NCBI GenBank assembly: GCA_021613535.1
Contig: CP075495.1
Span: forward strand, 3,348,001 to 3,412,000
Length of the DNA stretch: 64,000 nucleotides
Source: Adineta vaga
Taxonomy: Eukaryota > Animalia > Rotifera
Direction: 5' to 3'
Numbering within the stretch: position 1 is the first letter of the stretch; each line of letters opens with the position of its first letter. The translations under genes were made by a program, and so were the position numbers. Below the pieces are notes generated by a model that saw only the letters and a list, made by a program, of their open reading frames with translations, was not told the DNA's origin and made no database searches. This document shows, piece after piece, positions 39,323 through 51,490 of this stretch.

Positions 39323-40163
39323 ATGACTGAATATCGTCATCGTTCATCACCAAGCAATGTAGTTAATAGAGCAATTGATAATATAAGTCCAGAAGAATTA
39401 GCTGAATTACGAGAAGCATTTCGAGTATTCGATCAAGATGGAGATGTATTTTGAAAGATTCTTACGATGAATTTTCATTTCCTTTCGATATTTTAGGGAA
39501 GTATTACTCTTACAGGTCTCTATGTATTATAAAATTACTTTATACAAATGAGATAATTAATCTATAGAATTACGTATTGTTCTTGATCAAATGGGTTTAG
39601 AACCAACGGAAGAAGAATTACAAGATATGATTCGTGAAGTTGATGAAGATCAAAGTGGTAGTATTTCATTTATCGAATTTGTTGGTAACAAATAAAAGGA
39701 TCACAGATTTATATCTTATTTTACACCATTATCAATGTTTAGGTATGGTAAAAAGAGCAGTTGATACAAATAAAAGTTCACGTGAAGAATTATTTCGAGC
39801 ATTTCAAGTATTTGGTAATCATCAAGAAAAGTTGAGTAGTAGAGAGGTTTTCACGTTTATGTCTGTGAATAGATCTTGATCAAAATGGATATATTACAAT
39901 GAAAGAATTGTGTACAGGTAAGAATGAATCTATTAAAATTTATCTATCGACTGATAATGTTTGTCATTATAGTTCTTCAAGCAACGGGTGATCGTCCAAC
40001 TGATGAAGATGCTCTTGAAATGATTGCTGAAGCTGATATTGATGGTGATGGACGAAGTAAAGAAAAAAGTTCATTTAATATTCAAGAAATTCTACTAAAT
40101 TTTTCAGTTAACTATGATGAATTTGTTCTTATAATGAATAATAGTACATCATCGAGAAAATAA
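39323..40163 (+). CDS. Calmodulin-like four-EF-hand protein
   Basis: ELREAFRVFDQDGD|GSITLT|EL, EVDEDQSGSISFIEF, AFQVF|DLDQNGYIT, EADIDGDGR|.NYDEF. Confidence 0.9.
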
Positions 40164-40475
40164 TTATCATATGTATTTCATGTGAAGAAAAGAAAATGAA
40201 TAAGAACACACGCAATTTTAAAAAGTATTAACGTCGAATTTGACCGAAAAGAGCGTGTATGTACAACTGAAAAGAAACCCGAGATAATAAATTACACTTG
40301 TTCCAATGAAATATTCAAATAAATAACAAAATGAAGAAGAAAAACTAACTCTGTCATTCAATAAAGAAAAAAAAATACACACTCACTCACACACGTATTT
40401 ATATATGTATATGAAACAATAAGAAAACTAGAATGACGAGTTAAAGGTCTTTTCGTATAATTTAGTTTTTTGTAT

Positions 40476-43400
40476 TTAAGATCGATTACAACATGTTGAT
40501 TTCTTTGTTGTTTTATCCAAATCAATTCCTGTTGTACGATAACGGTCTAAATCTTCAGTAAATTGCATATCTCTATAAAAAGAAAATACCAAGTTTATTA
40601 TCTTCCAAAAACTGATAAATCTCTGTACATACCGAGCTAATTCAATTAATGTTTCATTCGAATTCGTACCATCTTTTGCACTTGTTTCAATAAATAATGC
40701 TTGATATTCCTGTAAATGAGAATTTACAAAACATATATGAATTTTTCTTCTAAGAACAAAAAACGAAATATACCTTAGCTAATCTTGCTCCATCTTCACG
40801 TTCAATTACTCGTTTACCTTCTGCACGCATTTGATCTCTTAAATCAATTTTATTCGCTACAATCATTACTGAAACTTTCTTTGGTGTAGATTCTGAAATT
40901 GTATCAATCCATTCGCGAACATTTAAAAATGATCGTTCATAAGTAGCATCATAGACAAGAATAACGCCGTCACATCGACGAAAATATGATTTAGCTATAC
41001 TTCGAAATCTAGTTATAGAAACAAAACAACAGGTGATAGATTGTCTTTAATAATATAAACAAGTTTTTATACCTTTCTTGTCCAGCTGTATCCCACAATT
41101 GTATAGCTATACGCTTGGCATCTAATTCCAACTGTTTATTTTGAAAATCGACACCCAATGTTGAATTAATATTTGAAACGAATTTGCCTTTGCATAAACG
41201 CATTATTAATGTACTTTTGCCAACAGCTGCATCGCCGCAAAACACAACTTTGTACATACGACTAAGTAAAACAAATCAGTTTATATAAAACTTCGAATGA
41301 AAAATATCTTTTGACTTACTCAAAAGGAAGATTCGATGTGATTGGACTAGTTGAACATCTGCTACTGTTGTTGAACTCTGTTTTCGTGAAGATGAAAGAC
41401 TCAATGGTAAAGATTTATTTGCTGAATTTTTTATTGATGAACGTCCATTGCTAGCTGTTCGTTTTAACGATCGTTGCTGTTGTTGTGACCAACGTTTTGA
41501 ATTATTTCGATCAAATTTATTCTAAATAAATATATAAACAATTCTTTGTTTTAACTAAACTTAAGTAATGACTTACTTCATCAAACACATCATCAGAATC
41601 CGTATCATCTGTATGTCGTTTTACTGGCATTGATCGATTGTGTTTCGAATTTCTTGATAGTATTTTCGAATCACGATCAGATTCAAGTTCAGTTATATCA
41701 CGTACAGTTGTCAATGATAAACCACTATCTATTGAAAAAGCACATTATAATATATGATTTATAGAATAATATCAAGCAAAAAGCCTTTAGATTTGAAGAA
41801 GATATTTGCTTTGCTGATAATTACAAAAAGAAGAGCATTTAATGAGATCGAATTCACATGCAAAACAAACCATTCATAGTGTTGGCTCGATTAGCAGCAT
41901 TAGTAGGAAATGCAGCAAGTATTGCAGGTGAATTTTTTAATAATAAATTATCGGCAAGATCTACTTTAGGGTTAGGTAAAAGTTTATTTCCATGTATACC
42001 TAATTCATCGGTTGAATCGAGATCAAGTGAGTCAAGTGCTCGAAGATTGCATTGTTGTTGTGTTACTTGAACATATGACGGTGATGAACTAATTTTAAAT
42101 CAAAGAAAAAAAAATAAAATGTTCTTCAGAAACAAACAAACTTACCATTCCATTTTTGGAACATGATTATTCCAATATGTTTCAAGAATAGATCCTGTAC
42201 GAGACATCGATCGTTTTGATATTAAAGCAACCTATAGAAATCAAAAGAAATGATCAAATTTTCGTTTTTATCTTCTTGGAAAAAATCAAACCAACATCGG
42301 ATGGAGAAGCTTTAATAGATCTATTTGATTCAATCATTTCACGCAATGTATCATTTTCATCACGAAGATTTTTATTGACTTCACTAGAAAAATGAAATCT
42401 ATACTAAAATGAATTTTCATCGATTGTATACATACACAAGTTGACGAACATTCGTTTGTAATGATTCTTTTTCTCGATAAGTATTCGATGATGTTTGTTT
42501 CTCTCTAAATTACATCTTTAAACTTATCATTCAAATTTTCATCTATTCTTACTGGAGTAACATCGTTTGTCGTTCATTTAATTGAGATTTTAATGATTGT
42601 AAATCACTTTGTAAAATTGTTATATTGGTTAATGAATCATTTAATGATGAATTTAGTGTTTGATTTTCTTGTGTTAATTTAGAAATTTCTTCACGTAATA
42701 GAATAACTGATGCATCTTCACTTGATTGCCGTTGAAGATAACATTGTTCAATCTGAATGATAAGTATAAAAGAGATATTTTATTCGATGTATGACAAAAA
42801 GAAAAGAAATAATTTACTGTTTGTAAACGTTGTACGTTAGCTTGTAGATCGGAAATTTGCTTTGCAGCACGCTGTTGAATAGATTCACGTATAGCTTCGA
42901 ATTTTTGTTGTTCCTATTTAGAATTAACGCGAAAAAAGTTGATTTCTTCATTGTCGAGCAAAAAAAAGATGAGAAATACAAACTTCTTTCCGAATTTTTT
43001 CTTCTAATTGTCGCATTTCACGTTCTTGATCTTCTTCGATACGTCTGAGATATTTTTCATTCATTTCTTTTTCTCTATTAGAAACAATAAAATGTTCATG
43101 AAGTGTTTTTTTTACAAATCGTTTTAATCTTACCGTCTATATGAATCTTCTAATCGTCTAATTTCTTTTCGATATTTAACAATATCACAAACAAATACTT
43201 CAAGAATTGATTGAAACTGTTCGACAGATTCACCAGATACATTTCGTAATGTTTCATAAAAGTCATAAATTTGTTCTTGACTAAAAAAAAGTCAAAATAA
43301 AACAACAATTGAAAAATGTATTATTCTTCATGGAATTAACGATGAAATCTTTTGTCATACGTATGTGATAACTTACTTGGAAAATATCTTGTCAATGAGA

Positions 43401-44191
43401 ATATCAGTATCGATTGAATCCATTAGAGAATTTTAAACAATCGAATATAATTTTTGTGAAGAAGTAGAAATATCTGCTGTTTATGATGGGAACAAAATAA
43501 CAGAGGTCGTATGTTAGTGTCGTTGTCGTTACGATTATTCTTTTGCTTACTCGTTCTTTTTTCTTCTTTTCCTTCGTTTCTCTTTCTTTCGAATATGCAT
43601 AAATTCGTATACAACTGTGTTTATGAATACAATCCGATACTTCTTTAACTAAGTAGTCAATATATTTAGTATTTCTTACTGTTCGCTCAAGTGAGCGTTT
43701 AGAAGAATAACTATCATGGCAAGAGAACGAAAAAATATTAATCGAGGCACTACAAGTGTTGATATGATCGATTAATATTACATATCTTTATACATATCCA
43801 CGTACATAAACTTATCGAAAAAAGAAAAAAAAAGAAAGTTATCATACCATGAAAGATTATTAAAAACTTCATTAATTTGTGTTTGTGTTGTATGTGTAGT
43901 TAAATCTTCTTCTTCTTCTTCTTTATCGATTCCGTTTACATGATTGAGAAGCTTCTTTTTATATATTAAACGATGATCATCATTGGATTTCATAAGTTCT
44001 TTGAAGCCATGTGTAAATTCAGTTAAACTAATACGATTATCATGATCAGTATCAAGATCATTGAATATAACATCAATTTCTGTTGAAGATAAATTTGGAC
44101 ATATACGATGAAGTTTTTCTTTGTTAAGATAACCACTTCCATCGGAATCGACTATTTGAAAGATTTTTTCAATATCATTCGTATCATCCAT
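40476..44191 (-). CDS. RASEF: RAS and EF-hand domain protein (Rab45), EF-hands + coiled coil + Rab GTPase
   Basis: Two EF-hands in 43778-44191, coiled-coil exons, [22 protein letters not shown]|[21 protein letters not shown]-terminal CCNRS. Confidence 0.9.
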
Positions 44192-44569
44192 GATTGGTAT
44201 GTTTATATCAAATATTTTTCTATCGAATAAGCTTTTCTTTCTCTCTCTCTCTTATAAAACCATTGTTTTATTCATGCAACCAATACGAACGACACCTTGT
44301 AACGAATGCTCCAGATGTTTGTTGTGTTCTGCGAGAATAAAAAACGATAAATGAAATATAAGTAAATGCAGACTAGGCTTTTGTGACTTGTAAGTTATTA
44401 AAAGAAAAAAAAAGTGAATGATTATTCTTGTTTTACTGTCTGTCTGATAAGAAAATCGAATCATGGAAATTTGATAAGAGGATTAGAAAATATATTCGTA
44501 TAAAAAATGAATCGAGAGTTATGACTCAACCTTGAATGAATAACTAATGAAAATATTTGTATCAAATAA

Positions 44570-44795
44570 AAAGTGTCAGGAAAGTCATTTACCAAAAAAC
44601 TCAAATATCTTCGTCATATTTTCCGATCAAATTATGCAAAGGAAAAGACTCCATTAAGGTTATTTTCAGCAAGATGGTGCACCTCCACGCTTTTCTAAAG
44701 AATTAGGTGCATGGTTCAACTTCTTAGGCACCATGAATCTCCATATTTAACACCATTCGATATTTTTTATAGGAATATACCAAAACAAAGGTCAA
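44570..44795 (+). mobile_element. Tc1/mariner-superfamily transposase relic
   Basis: FQQDGAPPRFSKELGAWFN, followed by frameshifted SPYLTPFD.FL*EYTKTKV (cf. SPDLTPLDFFLWGYLKDKV). Confidence 0.7.
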
Positions 44796-45505
44796 TGATA
44801 TGATGGATTTTTTCATTCGTTTTCTCTACTACCTTCTTAATATGGCTTGAGTTGGCGTACTTATTGATAATCACGTTCATCTTGTTTTCGATGGTTTTTA
44901 CTTTGTTATTGTGATTGAGCTTTTTCGTTTCTAATATTATTTGACGTAGAAATATTATTGTTAAAATAATAATCATCTACACGATAGAATGAAACGATTA
45001 TTCCTATTCAGAAGTGCTTCGCATTTGCTCTCATAAAATACTGAATAAATATGAAATCTAACAATCAAATAGTGTGATCATCTAATTTCAGATCTTTCGA
45101 ACATTTACTCTTGAGAAAACATTTAGTGGACAGACATGCCAATTCTAGTTCGACGATAAAATGAAGAGGGAAATTGATCATTCATTCACGTATTTATATC
45201 CGAACAAAACAATGAAAGAGAGAAAGACAGAAAGAAGAGGTATGTCTCTGCTCTCTTAGATGGATAAGTGCAATTCTTGTGATACATGATGTTAGATTCG
45301 ATCTAACATTTTTTTTCGAAAAGACTAATCATATGATTAAATTTTGATTCTCTTTCTTTTTTTTTCTTGTTTTCTCGCTATAATATGCACTAGAGCCCTA
45401 CATCACAGCTGAGATTCGAAAGAAATACCTTATTTATTTTGAATAAAAATATAATGATAGATTATGACTGTTAGAATAAATAAAGAAAATGTATTTGTAT
45501 TAATG

Positions 45506-46069
45506 TTAATCAGTATATATTGCAAAAGCAGTTGCAATTGCAACCATATCATAGCCAATTTTGACTTGTACTGTAATCGATCCATCTGTTTCACTATTCC
45601 ATAAACATCTGGAAACAATAGCCATCGATTGTCTTTTCTGTTGATCAGGTGTTACTTGTACAATAGTAACAAGTACGATAATTTTATATCGAATTTTATT
45701 TAATAGATCAGGTTTAAGTATACGACATAAGTGTTGAGAAAATTCTCGCGCAAGATCTATAGCCAATTTTGGTTCATATCGAAGTGTTTTCGATAGACGA
45801 GCACATCGTCGATTAAGTTCCACGTGAAGGAATTTTTGTGCTCGTATGAAATCAAATTTTTTTTGAGGAGTAAGAGCATACGTAGGTATCGCCGGACTTT
45901 GTGTACCTAATCGATGCCCAATATCTGAAGCCGTACTTGATTGATGAAACCATTTGTTATGCCAAAATGGTACCGTTAAACTTGATGGTGCTTGCAATTC
46001 ATGAGCATGTTTAGTTAAATTGACGACACGTTGAAGCATAGCACGAGTTGTTAGCCGCGGTGGTTCCAT
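45506..46069 (-). CDS. Tctex1-domain dynein light chain-like protein
   Basis: PTYALTP, YEP, RYKIIVLVTI, SRCLWNSETD, AIATAFAIY. Confidence 0.8.
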   Translation of the reverse strand: MEPPRLTTRAMLQRVVNLTKHAHELQAPSSLTVPFWHNKWFHQSSTASDIGHRLGTQSPAIPTYALTPQKKFDFIRAQKFLHVELNRRCARLSKTLRYEPKLAIDLAREFSQHLCRILKPDLLNKIRYKIIVLVTIVQVTPDQQKRQSMAIVSRCLWNSETDGSITVQVKIGYDMVAIATAFAIYTD

Positions 46070-46545
46070 AGTTAATGTCGATAGTTACTCAACGTTTTTT
46101 TTCTTTTGTCTTGATGTTTATTGAAAAAATAATTGAAAGAAATAACTGTAAGTTATATTTTTATCTACATTTCTATTGCACATGCACTTATTCTAACAAG
46201 AATTGGAACGTATATAGTTTTACAATTGTCAATCATTTTTTTAATATTCTATTAGCAATTCTCTCGGTCGCGCATCAAATCTGACAAGTTGAGTCAACTT
46301 TTTTTTCTTTTTCTTCTTCTTCTGCGTCTTTTATTGTCACGAAAGAATATAAAAGAAAGAGCGTAAGGTAATCAAATAAAAGAAAAGGAACGAATAAACT
46401 ACTTAAAAGAAAATTCAGGTGACTGACGCGCACTATATGATTAAGACAACAGAAATATACAATGAAGGGAGAGGAAAAAAAGAGCAAGATAAAGAAAAAA
46501 ACCACATATTGAAATTTAATAGGACAAAAGTAGGTTTACATCACA

Positions 46546-47967
46546 ATGAACCATTATGAAATACCACGGCAACCACCAGCACTTTCTCTTCATTTAACTC
46601 TAGAGAAAAATGTGTCTCAAATCACTTTGCCGTCACGTCAACAGCAAGTACCTGAAATTGCATCATCAATAACGCACATGTCACGATCACGAAGTGCTAC
46701 ACCAATTGATTGGAAATCACGTTATGAAAGTTTACAAGCTGAGCATCACCTTGAATGTGAACGTATTCGTCTTTATTATGAACAACAATTGCAAGAAAGA
46801 GTAACTGGTAGATAACTTTGTTATTCAGAAGAGATATGTAATTAAACTAGTGTATTTCTATTTAGATGTCAAAACACAATTACAACGTGAATATGAACAA
46901 CAAATTTCTGAATTTCGAACTCGATTAATTGATCAACAGCGGGAACAAGCACATAATTTAAGTTCAAGTAGTCTTGGTCTAGATCAAAGTTATGGTGATC
47001 AAGTGCGAGAACAAGTGCGTCTTGCTCAAGAACATGATCGTGTCGATGATGAACGTCGACAATTCTTATTGAAACATACAACAGATAGTAATGAATTGAA
47101 ACAAATTGTCGATAAACTACATAATGAAGGTAGATACAAAGAATTATTGTTCTAGTCAAATTTCCTTTCTTAGCAAACAAAAGACATTATTGTTCTTCAG
47201 AATACATTTTATAGATGATATATTTACTCGTTATAAATATCAAGGTTGTTGTCTTTCTTTATTTCTTTTTAGGTGTACATGTTTTGACATTGAGTGAACT
47301 TCTTGTTTTACGACTAAATGGTATCAATATTCATACTACAGGAGATTCAGTTGAATCATTACAAAAATTATATGAAGAAAATTTACATCTTCGTTCACTT
47401 ATTGCTAATATGAATAAAAATGAAGCAGCTGATAAATTGATAAAAGATTTAGCAAATGTTTTTCGTTGTGAACAAGAACGTCGTTTAATTCAAGTACGTC
47501 AACATCCAAATTTTGATTTACTTGAACAAGAAATTTACACAATGTGTGATTATCAACGTGAAGCGTTAGAAAAGTTTTTTTCTAAAGATCGTCTTTCATC
47601 AACAAATCATTCGGAACAAAAGTTATCGATATCAAATAAATATTATTTAAAATATATTCGTTGTGAAAACTATCGAAAAGCTTTAATCTATCAAAAACGT
47701 TATTTACTTGTTTTATTAACCGGTTATGCTGATACAGAAACTTATGCGTTGAATGAAATACAACGTTTAACTGGTGATATTCGAATGAATACTTATTCTC
47801 ATCAATACAATTGTGATCGAATGAAATCTATTCGTAAACAACCATATCATCGACGTTTATTTGATTCTCGTTTTCGTTTTCGATATTGCATTCGAGTTGT
47901 TATTGCAATTATTCGTATGCGTTGTTTTGCTAGAAAATGGACAAAAACAGTTGCATCTATTAAATAG
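46546..47967 (+). CDS. Short coiled-coil protein with PACT (pericentrin/AKAP9) domain, 3 exons, about 400 aa
   Basis: KYIRCENYRKALIYQKRYLLVLLTGY...RFRFRYCIRVVIAIIRMRCFARKW. Confidence 0.75.
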
Positions 47968-48353
47968 ATTTTGATTTCTTTCTTTCTTTCTAATAAATAG
48001 ATCGCATTCGTTCTTACAATGAATGATTGTTCGTTTAGTTTGATATAGAATCATCTTTCTTTCATAGATCGAAAGACTATACGATGCCTAGATATAGATA
48101 ACTCGATAATATCTTTCGAAACACTTCTCATCGTAGTAATAGACATACGTGACTATTGTTTAGGATCAGTCGAGAAAAAAAATCATCACAATGTCATGTT
48201 GAAGTATGTATATAAAAGTTAAACGAGATAAGGAATCGACCATTATTCGTTCCAGTCGTCGACATTTATTGATTCATTTCAACGGGATCGAATACTATTT
48301 AAACCCTTGCACGCATATAACATTGCGTTTTATTTCATTTGACTTCATCGATT

Positions 48354-49103
48354 ATGGCACGTCTTCTATTATCCATACTTGCCTTACAGTTGGTATTACT
48401 TGCTACTGTACATGGTCTTTTTTCAAGTAGTAAAATAAAAAATGCAAGAAAATATCAACTTCAACAGAAAGTTCTTACACTTGGTTCATCTTATACAGTT
48501 AAAGATGATAAACAAAATGCAGTTTACAAAGTAAATCTGTTCTTTTTTCAAGAATATATTTTCCTTTGAATGATATGTACATTTAGATTGGATTTAAACA
48601 ATTTGGTCTTGGTAAACATCTTCAATTAACTGACGTCAGTGGTCAAAAAGAATATTATGCAAGTAAGAATGTTTGAATCAAGTGGCTTTTTTGTAGGATT
48701 TTGTTCTTTTCTTTTTCTCTATTAGTTAAACATATTCTTAATCCACTTGGATTAGCTAAATATGAAATTCGTCAAAATAATCAAGTTGTTGCTGATGTTA
48801 AGTAAGTTCAAATCGATTGGATTGCTGATTTTCTACTATTTAATAAATTATAATTTTAGACGTAAAAGAAATCTTATCGGTGGTAAGAAATTCAGCGTTA
48901 AATCGAAATTTGGTGAATATAAAATCGAAGGCAATTTTCGTTCACGTGAATTTAAAATTAAAAAAGATCATCATCTTGTTGCTACAATTTCCAAGAAATT
49001 CTTTTCTATCGGCGATAAATATGGTGTTAAAATCGAACAAAATCAAGATGATGCATTCATTTTAGCTTTGGCTATTGTCGTCGATGAAGTAGCTCATGGT
49101 TAA
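48354..49103 (+). CDS. LURP-one/Tubby C2-like (scramblase-fold) protein with signal peptide, 4 exons
   Basis: YQLQQKVLTLGSSYTVKDD, IEGNFRSREFKI, VATISKKFFSIGDKYGVKI...DDAFILALAIVVD. Confidence 0.75.
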
Positions 49104-49500
49104 ATCAATTCATACTGCAAGTCCACCTCTCTTCTTCTTCTTTTTTTTACTACTCTCGATAGATTAACATTATTCTTTATCTGTAGTTCTATTCTTCTTT
49201 CTTTTCTAATGATTATAAAATAAATCAGAGTATTACAGTTGAAAAAAAAATCAAACAAGAAAATACTTCGATCAAAAGTCAAAATAACCTTTTACTTATC
49301 AAATATTGCAAATGTTTTCGAGAGTAAATCGATCTATTTATAATCTTTGTGGTTTTTATTTAAAAGATCACTTTTTTAATCAATACCGATAAAATATATA
49401 GATCACCTTGATTTCATATACAGATCTATAATATTAGACTATTTCCTACACCCGTTCTCCTCTAACAAAACAAAACCTCCATTCTCAATCGTTTCAAAGT

Positions 49501-51033
49501 TTATCGTTTTTCAAGAATATATATCGATTTTCCATGTCTTGATGTATGTTGAATATGCGAATTGAATAGAATTTTTTTCACATAATAAAATTGATCGTCT
49601 TCAAATAGATCTTTAACTTGATCATATAATGTATCAAACATAATTAAATGACTTGGTTTGAACATATTCAATCGTGATCGTAATGATTCAATTGGTTTGA
49701 GAAAGAAGCGATCGGCTTCATCGATATAATCCGTAGAAAGAGCATCTAAATTTGGTTCACATGTTAAGAAATTCAATTGAATATCATTTCGATGAATAAA
49801 ACTATAATATGGTGTAGAATGACATGGCATAAGAAAATCGATTGAAAAATTTTGTTGATTATTTTGTGGAAGATTTGTTCGAAGATAATGCATAATAGAT
49901 ATTTGTCCTTGACGATCGATCAATGAAAAATAAATTCCAATAAAGAAATGTAGAAGAAATGAAATGAATAAAATCCATCGAAATTTATTCGAATTAATTT
50001 TTTTCAAACACCAATCAATACCATGTGCTTCAAGAATGAATAATATAGGCAAGATTTGTGTTAAAAATCGAAATTCTTTATGAGAATTGAGTGTATAAAT
50101 GAATATGGTAAAGAATATAACGATTGTTAAACGTTTATTAGACATTGCACCAAGAAAAATCAATGGTAAACGATAGAAAAATATCATTCCAAGACCGTTC
50201 GTAAAATACCAAAAGATATGATTGATTCCATAATGTGATGAAATCGAATTTGGATGTAAGAAATTTGTATAGAAAAAATTGAATGGTACAAATGTCCATT
50301 GTCCATACATATAACTATCTAATAGACTATTGAAAAGATTTAATGAGATAAAACATAGAAATGCTTGAAGAAGAAAACGGAAACGATTCGACATTTGATA
50401 TAATAAATACGGATAGATAATAACAAATGGAATGGCAGATGTTGGACGAAGAATAAATGATAGAGAAACAAAGAAATGAAAAGTCAAATTTGATGATGTT
50501 GAGCGAAAACTAGAATAAAATATGAAATAAAATAAATTGTTTGATAAATAAAATGTTTGATTTCATTACTTTTTAGCAGCAGCAAGACTACAAATGAATA
50601 GAATTTCTTCTAAATTATTGATTAACAATCTTGGTGATGAATACATTGTATACCAACATGAAAATCGACATAGAAGAATTAAAAATACTAACCTATGTCC
50701 TTGAAGAAATTTTAAATAAGCTAAATCACCAATAATAGCAAGAAATGTTTGAAATAATGTTGCTATATTGATCAACATCGATGCTGTATCCAAATGAATT
50801 AAAGCAAGAAATCGATAGATTAATGAAATAACATATGGATAAAGATAACTTCGTATTGCAATAGTTGATTTCCATTCCCAGGTTTTATAACCATAATTAA
50901 ATGCTAATGAATGAGCAATTTCAAATGTTTGCCAGTATTCATCAGCAATAAAATATGTACGAACAATTAACCAAGATAGTAAACGGAAAAGAATAATACC
51001 AAGGAAAATATTTTGCGTTTTTTTAAAAAACAT
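49501..51033 (-). CDS. PIGB: GPI mannosyltransferase 3
   Basis: TYFIADEYWQTFEIAH, TWEW...IRSYLYP, HKEFRF, FLMPCHSTPYYS, FLTCEP, DEADRF. Confidence 0.9.
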
Positions 51034-51490
51034 TTCTTATATTGAATGTGGTAATATCAATCATCAATTCGAGAAAGAACATACATGTTGTATCATCAGC
51101 TGTTGCACAAGAAAGAACGAGAGCAATTCATTCATTCAATTCGTTATTATAACTATGAATCAAATGAATTGTTCAATTCGATCACTAATTCATATGATCT
51201 ATATTTCGCTACCAATCTCTTCACTGATAGAATTAAAGAGACAAACTTATTTGCAATTGATGATTTTCTAGTACGAGAGAGGTCACTAGTAGTTGACAAT
51301 TTTCTCTTCAAAACTCTTTTATTTTTAGAAAACAAAATCTGAAATTAATAATTAGATTTGTATTTCGATAAAATTGCTAGAATCAAAATGAGATGTTGAT
51401 GTGTGTTTTCATCCGAAAATCAATAAGATACTATTGACATAAAAAGAAAAACTTTTACAGACAAACGAAATCGAAAATGTAACATGATAA

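Noticed and set aside
41786-41814. Possible small RASEF exon with GC donor
   Set aside because: 29 nt would break the frame with the next exon.
45289-45309. Perfect 9-bp hairpin atgttagat-tcg-atctaacat
   Set aside because: Short and AT-rich, with no Helitron CTRR end or other context. Plausible by chance.
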